A DNA stretch of 62,999 nucleotides, counting the filler, from Collodictyon triciliatum (Eukaryota), in the NCBI GenBank assembly GCA_043381765.1. It is 7 parts of 7 records of this genome, joined end to end, with 100 filler letters (N's around TTAATTAATTAA, not from the genome) between each part and the next. Parts side by side here need not be neighbours in the genome. Positions count along the whole stretch, not along the records: positions 9,459 to 18,788 come from JBHJMP010003053.1; positions 18,889 to 28,283 come from JBHJMP010003054.1; 5 more parts are not named here. One strand, given 5' to 3'. How positions within the stretch are numbered: position 1 is the stretch's first letter; each line of letters opens with the position of its first letter. Below the pieces are notes generated by a model. It ran no database searches. It was not told the origin of the DNA and saw only the letters and a program-made list of their open reading frames with translations. Of this stretch, positions 15,316 to 25,696 are shown one piece after another. The position numbers and the translations under genes are program-made.

Positions 15316-16648
15316 ACTTGCCGCTTCATGTTCACCACAAACCAATTGTTCAACATCTTATTCTACCGCTTCCAGTTCTTCATTTTAGGTTATTCTTTTC
15401 TCTTTTTTTTTTCAACTCCTTTTTTTACTCTTATTGTTGAACCCCTTTTTTTTTTAAAAAAAAAAATTCTACCATTTTTCTCACTATCATTTTCACTCTT
15501 TTCCCCACTTTTTTTACTTGAAGTAAGAATTAAATCTCCAGAGACCCCGAATCTGCTAAAATAAAATAATAAAATTCTATAGATCGTGAGCTTATTGTGA
15601 GTGTTGTCATTCTCTATTCATATTTAACCCTGTGTACTCACCAAAGCTAGCCGCATGTGTTTGTGTATCCGCTAAGTTACTAGTAAAGTGACACGACAGA
15701 TTAACTAGATTAAGGTTATATCTTTCAATCTCAAAACAATTCCTTGAAGCCAAAGTAGGTTTATTCTTGCTCTGGAATCCAATAAGCAACTGCAAGACCA
15801 ACTCGATTTCCTTGGAGCAGCGGACACGGCAATCCAGGTTCCAAGAAGACTCTCAAATAACTACAGGTATTGTCATGTCTCCCTGCCAAGTTTGTTTCCT
15901 CTCTCCTTTTTAAGAATGAGTGAATACGTAAATGAATACTTTTCTTAAAATAAATAAATAAAAAAACAAAAAACAAATGCAGGCGCCAGTATTCAATAAG
16001 GAATTAGCATTTCTTAGTTTGGCTGGGACAGTGCACAAACTTCCATCGAATACTCATCGATAAGGAGATTAAATAGATTGAGTATAGGATGGGTAGAAAA
16101 GACACGAGGTGGCAGAGTGAAGGAAGTTTGTAACGAAAAGGGTGCACGCTCTGTCCAGAATGATGACAAGATCTAGGAATCGGATGTGCAAAAAGCGGGC
16201 CTAGTATCGCCAAATTCAAGAAAAGAATATAACCGTGTAGCAGGTGCAAGGGCTCTCATCAAATGCAATCAATTCGGATCTTGAGAGCCATTGCATTAAT
16301 TTCAGCATATATTCCACATTTAATATTTTGAAATGCTCTTCCAGACTTGAACAGCTTATTCTGGAAAAAGCTGGAGCAGACGCAAACGCTTTCCAATAAT
16401 ACCGCCCAATTTGTAATTCTTTGCGCCATGCAAATTCCTTTTTGTCCAATATTTTTTTTTTCTCTTTCCCTTTCAGTTTTTTGCCCAGTTCAAAGTCGCA
16501 TTGTTGCATATGCATAATTCGCATGTGTGCGCGTTGACAGCGATGCGCATATCCCCACATACAACACAGAGGCCGTTCGGGTCGTGCTTATATTCTCTTT
16601 TCTTTTCTTTTCTTTTCTTTTCTTTTCATTCTTTTCGTTATTTTCTCT

Positions 16649-16729
<81 letters not shown>

Positions 16730-16813
16730 ATTGTGGGATATGGATGACGAGAATTGAATGTCTGGCCTGAGCCATAGTCACGCACGTCCAAAACAGCCCA
16801 TAGCTTCGTCCAC

Positions 16814-18588
16814 ATGGCCGATCTTTCTCCCAGCCAACTTGCCGATCTGCGCCTGACTTACTACATCGCCTGCGGACTGTCTTTGATCGGCTCCCAATAC
16901 ATTCTTTATCTATTGCGGGACTCAAATAGTCGAAAGGCGCTGACGACAAAGTTTGTGTTCTACCTGGCGATTTGTGACTGGCTGACTGCCCTCTCTGGCC
17001 TTTTTGGAGCCTTCGGACTGAGCTCGCTGGAGGAAGACACTGCGGAAATGGACGATACTCTGTGCAAAACGCAAGGTTTTCTAGACGACTCTCCTTTTTT
17101 TTTTTTTGCCAGATCACTCTGGAGCACGCGTACTCATTTATTGTTTGAATGACGCATATCGATTATTTTTATTAACATCATCATTCATAGCATTCATAAT
17201 TCACTTCTCCAACATGGCTGCCACCTTTTGGAGTGTTTCCATTGCTGTTGTTGTCTATCGGCAAACGGTCCTGCTTGACCTCAATGTACGTAATTATTGC
17301 ATTTATTCTTACGATTACTTATCCATCCAATATTTGGTAATTAACCACAACAACCAAAAAAAAAAAAAACTTCCCGTATTAAGAATAGCTAGACGATGAA
17401 TGTACCTCAAAAATTTCTTAATCACAATAAAATCCCTTCTCACATTCACGAAACATGTCTTGCTTTTTATTATAAACAGCGATATCTCAATAAATTGTTA
17501 TTTTCATTGAATTAAAATTTTCCATAGCTCCTTTTAATTAATTAATTAATATTTCAAAATAAGGTCAATAAGCTTGAGCCGTACTTTCATCTAGTTAGTT
17601 GGGGGTTTCCTTCGATATCTCTCATAATAATAATAGCACTTAAACGACTCGGTCCACAAAAACTATGGTGGGTATTAAGTAATGAATGGGTGGTACTAGA
17701 TGAAAAGAATGAAATCAAAGAACGATAATAACATCACTGAAATTCATATAAAATAACAGCGTAAATCGTCATCACTATCACAGAATACTTGAATGATGAT
17801 TGGTATGAGATTTAAAATAAACAAGCAAGTCGATTTGCTGAGTCACTCTTTATACTTCTCCTTTATTGTAGGTGCTGGGTATTAGAAGATGAATACAACT
17901 TGAAATATTATATATTTTACATCCCCGTTGCAATAACACTGATTGTCGGTATTGTGATTTACTTTAAAATTCAGAGATTTCTGTCCACACATATCAAAGT
18001 AATTTTACTTTCTTATATTTACACTTTTTTCAATTATGAGAAACATCATCTGGAACGAAAATATAATCTTTTGAAACAATTACACAATGATTTACGTTAG
18101 TATTATTATGGAAAATAAATAAATATAAATGCATTAACGGATACTAGGAAAGCGAATCGTATGGTTCAATCTTACCTGGCCATTTAATGCTCGAAAAGAG
18201 TGTCTCTGACCGGACTATTCAACTCTTTTTGGTGTTCTTTTTCTGCTGGTGCTGGACTTTAGTCAATCGAGTCTACCACGACATCCACAAAGACAAGATC
18301 CAAGTGAGAATTCAATGAAATGAAACGTATCATCATCTCATTAACAAAAACTTTTTAACCACAATCTTCCCGATATTATGTTAGATTCCCCAATAGATTC
18401 TATTTATTTATCTATATTCAATTATGCACTTATGGATACCCTCTAATGGCTTAATTTTTATAATATCTATCAATTTATCAATATTCACGTATGTAGATGT
18501 CTCTCATGTACTTAAACTTCTTCTTGACTCCATTGGAAGGGTTTTGTAATGCCGTCATCTATGGCCGCATTGTCTACCAGAAAAAAGA
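16814..18588 (+). CDS. cAMP-receptor-like / GCR1-like 7TM GPCR, at least 6 exons, probably 3'-truncated by contig end
   Basis: Spliced translation includes SLIGS, VFYLAICD, LCKTQ|AFIIHF...FWSVSIA, LEPYFHLVSWGFP, W|CWV, FYIP, FFFCW...VNR and PLEGFCNAVIYG. These are hallmark motifs of the Dictyostelium CAR/Crl and plant GCR1 class. Confidence 0.85.
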
Positions 18589-18609
18589 GTATAATTTTAT
18601 TCTTCTATT

Positions 18610-18788
18610 TCTGTATGTATGTATTTATGTATGTATGTATTTATGTATGTATGCATGTATGTGTATGCATGTATGTGTATGTATGTTTGTGTATGTATGT
18701 ATGTATGTATGTATGTATGTATGTATGTATGTATGTATGTATGTATGTATGTATGTATGTATGTATGTATGTATGTATGTATGTATGT
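18610..18788. repeat. (TATG)n microsatellite at contig end
   Basis: Directly visible. Confidence 0.95.
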
Positions 18789-18888
18789 NNNNNNNNNNNN
18801 NNNNNNNNNNNNNNNNNNNNNNNNNNNNNNNNTTAATTAATTAANNNNNNNNNNNNNNNNNNNNNNNNNNNNNNNNNNNNNNNNNNNN
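18789..18888. other. Artificial contig linker
   Basis: 44N + TTAATTAATTAA + 44N. Confidence 0.97.
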
Positions 18889-18986
18889 GGACAAAAGGAC
18901 AAAAGGACAAAAGGACAAAAGGACAAAAGGACAAAAGGACAAAAGGACAAAAGGACAAAAGGACAAAAGGACAAAAGGACAAAAGG
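18889..18986. repeat. (GGACAAAA)n 8-mer tandem repeat at contig start
   Basis: Directly visible, about 12 copies. Confidence 0.95.
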
Positions 18987-19111
18987 AAACACATTTTGGT
19001 CGCGAACCAGTAGTCCAATAAAGCAGTTCCTGCGGGAAGAAATGAAAGAGCAACCGTGGAGTAAAGTTGCGCAGAATGGAACATTAGAAACAGAGGTATT
19101 TTTAAGCTCAC

Positions 19112-19255
19112 TCTTTTCGATATCGCCACCTTCGGTCCCCTTGTGATGGTCAGAAAGACAAGACCTACTTCGGATGGCAGATCAAACACCTGTCCCACTT
19201 GAAACTCGAAGCGAAACTTAAACCCCTTCAGGCCGATGTTCTTGAGACGATTCAT
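19112..19255 (-). CDS. First exon of an NT-C2 (EEIG1/EHBP1-type N-terminal C2) domain protein, remainder off contig
   Basis: MNRLKNIGLKGFKFRFEFQVGQVFDLPSEVGLVFLTITRGPKVAISKR followed by a GTGAGC donor. The KFxF...P...xRG pattern is typical of NT-C2. Confidence 0.55.
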
Positions 19256-19462
19256 GTGGAGCCTCTCTGTGTTTCTGAACTGGACGGGAAGTCCTTACAA
19301 TTATCGAGCTCTGCAGGCTAGTGGGAGTTAGAGTTATAGTGTCTGGTATGGCGAAGCCATTCTTTGTGTTGAAGAACTTCAGACAGAGCGGGACACGATT
19401 TCAAGCGGGAGTAGAGGAGGCTGAAAAAACGGTAGAAGCGGAGATTGGGGGACACACGCCCA

Positions 19463-19744
19463 ATGAAGGGGAATGACGTGTGTATAATCCAGTACTTCAT
19501 CATCTTGGCCGTCATCTGCTTGTTTCTGCAGACTCTTTGGCTCACTGTCACTCGTCTCTCTCCTCTGCGTTTTATCGGCTGCGACTTTATTGTGCTGTTG
19601 CTTCTGCTGACGGCTGACGCATCACTAATCCCGCCCAACGAGCAAAACAGCGGGCGTGACATGCCATATTGGATAGCAATATGTGGAATATATGTGACGT
19701 TTCAAGTTTTGATGATAGACATGGCGATGATTAAGCTTTCTTAA
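19463..19744 (+). CDS. Possible small membrane protein (93 aa, three hydrophobic segments)
   Basis: ATG-initiated ORF divergent from the NT-C2 gene. Hydrophobic pattern only; no recognisable family. Confidence 0.25.
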   Translation: MKGNDVCIIQYFIILAVICLFLQTLWLTVTRLSPLRFIGCDFIVLLLLLTADASLIPPNEQNSGRDMPYWIAICGIYVTFQVLMIDMAMIKLS

Positions 19745-20025
19745 TCCCGGTTTCATCAGAATAATATCTAGTCATAGGTATGAGAGAAATCCACCAACAA
19801 AAATCACTAATTCGAAGATATAGAAAGCACGACGCATTCGGGGTAATATCTAAAAGTGTATAGTCTAGAGACCAACGTTTATTGAATCCTGGCATTCAAG
19901 AAGGAACGAGGAACGATAGGGTTGACCAGAGAAAGGAAAGGAGCTTATGACTTCATTAGCTGGGATGGAGATAGATAAACCGCATAGTTAGGGGAAAGTG
20001 AGTTGACGAGCGTCGATTTACTGAG

Positions 20026-21901
20026 TTATTCAAGCGCATCAACGTTCGATATGACCCTGTCGAAGCATTTCCAGGTGATTTCATCAGCATAAGGTGTTAG
20101 CTCGTGGTATACCCGACTGAATGTTCTGCCGCAGAAGCCAGTTCGATCAAGGAAAGCTACACCAGGTTAGAAAGATAGAGTAAGAATACATCCACTGATT
20201 GATATTGAACGTGCAGCGAGTAGGTTAATGGTTTAAGTAACAACAAAACAACAACAACAACAAAAGATTGGATTGAAGAAAAAGCGAGAAGAGTATTTAA
20301 AAAGAGTTACTTTGTCGAGTAACGCGCTCTTCGGGCATGCAAATTACATCTCCCCAAAACAAAAGGACGGCCATGATGGATTGGCCAGCCCTGCTGCCAC
20401 AGGGCATTTTCGGGTGACTTTTGATTTCGTCAACCATCTTGTTGAGTCGCAGGGCAACAGCTTCGTGGCACCAGGAGAATTTATTAATGATATCCTACAA
20501 ATGCAAATTGTGAAAATTAATTATCATTTTTTTTTTTGTGTGTGTGTGAAGAAATACGTTTCGCGGACCAAATATTCAGAGAAAATGAAGAAATAAGCAA
20601 AATGTACAGGGAGATGAAAGAAATAAAAAAATGATTAAAAACTACTCACCACAGTCAAGTAAGTGGTGTGCGGAATGGATATCTCTCCGGTTGGTTTTGG
20701 AAGTCTTTCAAGTAAGTGCTTCTTCATTCTGGATACCTCAGGTATTGGTGCGCCAAGAGTATTGCTGACATCTGTTTTATTTTAAGAGGAAATTTACTCG
20801 GGAAAATTCAGAAAGCAGACTGCAGAAGTCCCATGAGAATAAATATACATATCTCAGAGTGAATTCTTACCTCGTATTGTTCGGGGATTGTTCGTAGAGT
20901 CACATGCGATCAAAATGACGGCACCGATGAAAGCTATGTAGAGATTTTTGGTTAGTTAAAAAATTATCATCGTGCATAGCGTACATACGATTTTGGTCGG
21001 TTAAACGACACAGCAAACATTTAAATGTAATTAAGAATTACCATCGAGTTTCCCCTTGGCTTTAGTGATGTGTATGCAGGAATGGTACAGCATTTCAGCG
21101 ATAGATTCTGCATCGGATGTGGTGGATGTTGTTAGCTTCAACTGGTCGCAAGTATTCCGGATTGTTGACAATACCTGGTACATTTTCTAATAAAATGAAA
21201 TATTCAGCTACAGGCGAGAACCAATCAGAAAAAGCGAAATTTTCCTTATAGATATTCTGATAAATTACTCACACTAGTGGAAGACTTGCTGCTCTTGCTA
21301 CTGGTCGACTTAGGTGTTTGCAGCGCCGATGTGATATGCTGGTCCGGTGAAGAGTAAGTGCGGGCAATTTCGCCTTCACCAGGGACTAGCGGGACATCTG
21401 CAACATGCTTTGATGACACTGCCGCGTTCATCTTAAAATCCAGACCTTCGACCAGTTGAAAAGGTCCGTATCCGACGCTGCCATTGGAAACACCAAAGTC
21501 ATCCTTGAAAACCCGGGCCATACTCGTGCCATCGATGAGGCCCGTTTCTAATACGGTCCCACAGTTGCAGCAGGTTTTTTCGCCACGAAACATGTCTGCA
21601 TGACAACAAAAACAGAGAATGAGTAAATCGAGAAGTTGAAAATATGGATGCAAATGAAGTAATCTTACCTTCATCTATGTTTGTGCTGGAGCATTCTGGA
21701 CAGATGGCCGAGTCGGCTACCCTGCGTGGTCGAGCTACCTTTGACTGTGGTGAAAAAAATAAGAAAAAAGAGATTGGTTCTCTTATGTTCGAAGGCGTAG
21801 CCAACCACACGAAAAAATACCATGTTTTTCTACAGGATATGTAAAAAGTGCATTGTTTCTATGGTATGGCTTCATTAACTCACATTGTACTTGATGAACA
21901 T
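20026..21901 (-). CDS. Divergent TFIIB-family transcription factor (Zn ribbon + two cyclin-like folds), multi-exon, start uncertain
   Basis: Spliced CPECSSTNIDE|DMFRGEKTCCNCGTVLE is a TFIIB zinc ribbon. Later exons include AFIGAVILIACDSTNNPRTIR|DVSNTLG, GSRAGQSIMAVLLF and RTFSRVYHELTPYADEI, then TAA at 20028-20026. Confidence 0.78.
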
Positions 21902-22088
21902 CCCTTTGACACGGCAGCGAATCGTTTCTTTCTTGTGAGCCTATGATACTAACATAGATAAAAAAAAAAAGAGAAAAAAAGTTACAACGCAATGTAGCAA
22001 GGAAATAACCAGGCTGAGCGGTTGTAGCGTGCTCTTATTTACCACATGCGAGCACCATTAAAACCGCAACCCGACGCTCCTGGGTGAG

Positions 22089-22096
22089 CTTATATA
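22089..22096 (-). promoter_or_regulatory. Candidate TATA box (TATATAAG) upstream of the TFIIB-like gene
   Basis: GCCG-TATATAAG-CTC on the minus strand in a GC-richer context, about 190 nt upstream of the proposed ATG. Confidence 0.3.
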
Positions 22097-22388
22097 CGGC
22101 CGATAAAGCGGCGAATGCTGGATATTTCCTTATTCGGTTGGATTCGTTCCGAGAAAAGTTTCGGAGAAAGATACGATAAATATAGATATATAATAATATT
22201 TATATAGATATTAATATATAATGGAGTTTAATAGATATATATGTAAATAAATTTAATATAAATATTATAAAATCCAGAAATATTTTTCTATTTTTGGATG
22301 ATTTACTCAACTGGTTGATTGGTTGCGTGGGCAGCAGGGGTTGGATATGCTGTGAGAGATATATCACGACACATTCCCACATCTCTCT

Positions 22389-23130
22389 TCACTTGCAGTC
22401 AGAGTAGCGAAGTATGCGGGCGTGTTTCAGCAGGCTGTTCAGGAAGCTGTATTGCACGAGGCTTTCAAGCCTGGCTACATTGATTTCTCGTTCGGGTGAA
22501 TCATTAGAGCGGGAGAATGCACGCACACTCCATAAGGACCACAGCATATGTCCCCTTGTGACTGTCCAGAGTATTCTAGAGTCGTGGGTCATTTGGTATT
22601 GTGGGCCAAACAGGATGTCAGACGCGCTGAGTCGGTTGGGAGCATAATCCAGCTCAGAGAGCATCTTGTGGGTAGACTCTGTCACTTTTTGAGCAAGAGA
22701 GCACTTCACAAATGAGTGTTCGATAGAGTCATCTCCACTATGGCACATGGTGCATTCTGGAGAGGTCGTTGCTGCATGGACTACGCGCGCACCTATCCAC
22801 AGCTCTCTGTTGGAGATATTGAGTAGTAGGGCGCGGTGTTTCGGAAGTAATATTGGTATGCATTTGTTGGCGAGTGTGGCGCCTTCGGGAGACCGCAAGA
22901 TGAATGCTGTGTCGTCTGCATATTGAAGTAGCAGTTGGTTGCGCGCCTTGTTTTCGTTTCGGAAGTAGTTTGCGAGGCAGTCAGCGACGAAGTTGAAGAG
23001 CAGTGGTGCAAGTGGGCAGCCTTGATACAAGTCACTCTGTCTTTGGATTGCTTCTGTAGGTCCGTGTGCCGTGAGCATCGTCGCTGTTGCATTGCCGTGC
23101 AGTATCTTGATAAGGCTGGTGAATCCGGTA
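22389..23130 (-). mobile_element. Non-LTR retrotransposon (L1/Tx1-like) relic: RT motifs plus zf-RVT
   Basis: QGCPLAPLLFN and QYADDT RT motifs followed by CxxC...EH...C (CTMCHSGDDSIEHSFVKC) and LWSLW. 5'-truncated and internally deleted. Confidence 0.85.
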
Positions 23131-23905
23131 CATAAGCCTCTTTTCCGCCGATAACGAAAAAAGCAAATGACATATGCTACAACCGCATGTAGAATATAGT
23201 TTCTTTGAAATATGAGTTTGTTATTAATTTTCACATAAGCAAATTATATGCATTTATCAATGATAAGTTGTATTACGCATGTTCAGGGCCAGTACCCGGT
23301 ATGTTTTGCTTTTCGCTGGATGTATATGACATCATTTATGACACTCTCATTGACATCATTTCCTATGCGCCATCCTGGCAATAACGGCCAGCGTATCTTC
23401 TATCGCATAAGAAGTAACATATGGAGCAAGTGTATATATTCCGATCGAGAACAAGGTTCACATCGCTCGCATTCAAAGGATGAAATCCACCGGAAGAAGC
23501 CTGCCAGGGAAGGAATTTCTAGCGAGACAGAAATTGGAAGAAGGAAGCATTTCTAGTGATCGAAATTAGCAGCCGGGATGGCAACCTCACGCGTTGTGAA
23601 CTCTGCCATCGTTGCTGACCAACTAAACATGCTAAATCACAGGTCAGACTACGAGTCTCTGTAGAAATGCCGAACAGCCATTCTGAACTCCACCAGAGAC
23701 CAAAGAAAACAAAAACTGACACTTTTTGATACAATCGCCGAACCTGTGACAGATGAGGACTTCAGCGAGATTTGGAATCCTTTTTGGACAACCAAAACCT
23801 TTTCACGTTAGTCTGAAATCTGGCATGAAAAATGAGTGGCGGGGACGAGAAGACAATACACAAACCTGGCACATGAAGAATGACCACTAACACCCATTTC
23901 GAAAC

Positions 23906-25309
23906 ATGCAGGACAACAAAAACTCCAAAGACGTTCACTGTCGCGAGCTGACTGGCCTTTTCGACAACGAGTTCCTCGACTTTGGATACTGGCTTCGCAA
24001 GGAGATCGGCAAAAAGTACACACGCGCCGATTTCCAGCGCATCAATTAGTACGAGTCCATGGTCACATACTTTCAGTTTATCTTGCTGACTGTCTCGTAC
24101 ATCGCTCTCTACACATTTGCGGACGAGTACTGATTTATCTGGCGTGTCCCTCTCTCTGTGCTGGCCGTCATCATCTTCCAGAATGAACAGGTGGTCCCAG
24201 CAGAATGCACTGGGCTGGCGATATGACTGGCTGCAAGGCCTTTGATGTCTTTGTCGACTCTACCATTATGACGCTGACAGGGTTCTCCAAGGGAGCTTTC
24301 CGCCGCCACGTTGATGAGCATATGGCTGACATCAGCAACGTTGCCTGTCTGCTTGGTGAGGCATTGTTACTATCCTTGGACTTGCCAATAATCTGGTATC
24401 TGCATCCTTTCGACCTCGTTTACCTGCTGTTGGATGAAAAGCGTTGCAAGGAATTCGAGTTCGGCCGCAGCCAACTTGTCATCGAGGCCGTTGGACTCCA
24501 CACATATTTGATTTGCGTGGGGCTGGAGCTGTATATCGGGTCCAACTTCCTGCTGTGCTACCATATGCTCCTATGCTGCTCGTGATGACAGCGCGTTTGA
24601 TGGCTGGAATGTTCACACACTCTGGTGTTGGCCGTCGCAATAGCTTCAATGCGTGCGGGCTCTTCGACCAGCGTGACGCTAAGGGACTGTCCAAGGTGAC
24701 CATTTGGTGGATTAACCTGCTGCCCGACCGGGGCCTGAGCAACCACAGCACTCACCACGGCCACGCCCAATGCCCCGTTTCCATCGTCAACAAAAACATT
24801 CGTCAAATCAACAAGCACATTCTGGAAAACGACAAGGACATCCGCTACAACTGCGTCCTATCTCATGAAGTACATAAGGATATCCTGGAATCGCCTCCTG
24901 AGCTCAAGTGGTACCATACATCACCCAGTTCATCGTGACCAACCTGGCCAGGTTTTTTTGACGTTGCTGACCATCCTGGGAGTCGATATATCGCCCGTCA
25001 TCTTTGAGCTGGCCGTGGTCGACTACCGCGCATTTCTGACCTCGACAAAGGCGTAACGTTATGCAAACGGTGTTGCATCTTGGGACTCGATACACTTCAA
25101 TGAGCGCGCAATGGCCATTCCCAATCCTCGTTACAACATGATTTCTATCACATATTGGCATCGAAGATATGAAGAAGTACCTGCGGGCAAACCGTCGTCT
25201 CGTCAAGCCTGGAACCTATCCTCGTTACGCCCCCGACTGGGTCTACGATTCGAATGGCATCAGCCTTGCTCGCCTTGAAAACCGCGGAGGTTTTCAGTCT
25301 CACCTATAA
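23906..25309 (+). pseudogene. Intronless membrane fatty-acid-desaturase-like pseudogene
   Basis: Frame MQDNKN...FQRIN*YESMVTYFQFILL...DEY*FIWRVPLSVLAVIIF has in-frame TAG and TGA plus several frameshifts. His-box-like motifs: (H)SRMH (restored by a 1-nt insertion), RRHVDEH and GLSNHSTHHGHAQCP, separated by hydrophobic segments. Confidence 0.6.
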
Positions 25310-25696
25310 GCATCATGCGTTTCCTCTTGCAGCCACGTTATCCCACCGTATCTTTTGAGCTTTTCTCCTTGGGTTCACAAGCCAAAACCCTACTACTCAA
25401 TACCCCATCGTGTCAGTACCAATAAAAACAGCACGCACCGCCGTTAAAAGTGTTAAAAAAAAAGTGTAGAAAACCAGCACTTTAATTCTCAACTCACAAA
25501 ATAAACCGACAGAACTACATCAAGAAGCAAATAATATTGTGGGTTGGACGTGTGACATTGGTACACAATTCGGTCGCGCTATTGTCAACGCTCCACTACC
25601 TTGCGTTTTTTCCCATAATTTTCTTTCTTTGGTTAAGATGTGTTTTAATTGTGTGGAGTTGCCACGATGGAGGATAGAGCGAAGCAAAGGTGTGCC

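Noticed and set aside
15607-16560. Several 60-115 aa minus-strand ORFs between cls and the GPCR
   Set aside because: No recognisable motif and no convincing splice model.
18889-18986. Contig-terminal repeats (GGACAAAA)n, (GAGT)n and (TATG)n as telomeres
   Set aside because: The motif differs at each end, similar repeats occur inside introns, and genes are cut by these ends. They are microsatellite assembly breaks.
23248-23880. Coding-like GC-balanced stretch between the LINE relic and the pseudogene
   Set aside because: All frames are interrupted and no family was recognised. It may be a relic but cannot be supported.
23906-25309. In-frame TAG/TGA as evidence of stop-codon reassignment or readthrough
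   Set aside because: The same frame also has frameshifts, and conserved genes here (photolyase, TTLL12, cls) show no in-frame stops in the exons traced and end on TAA or TGA.
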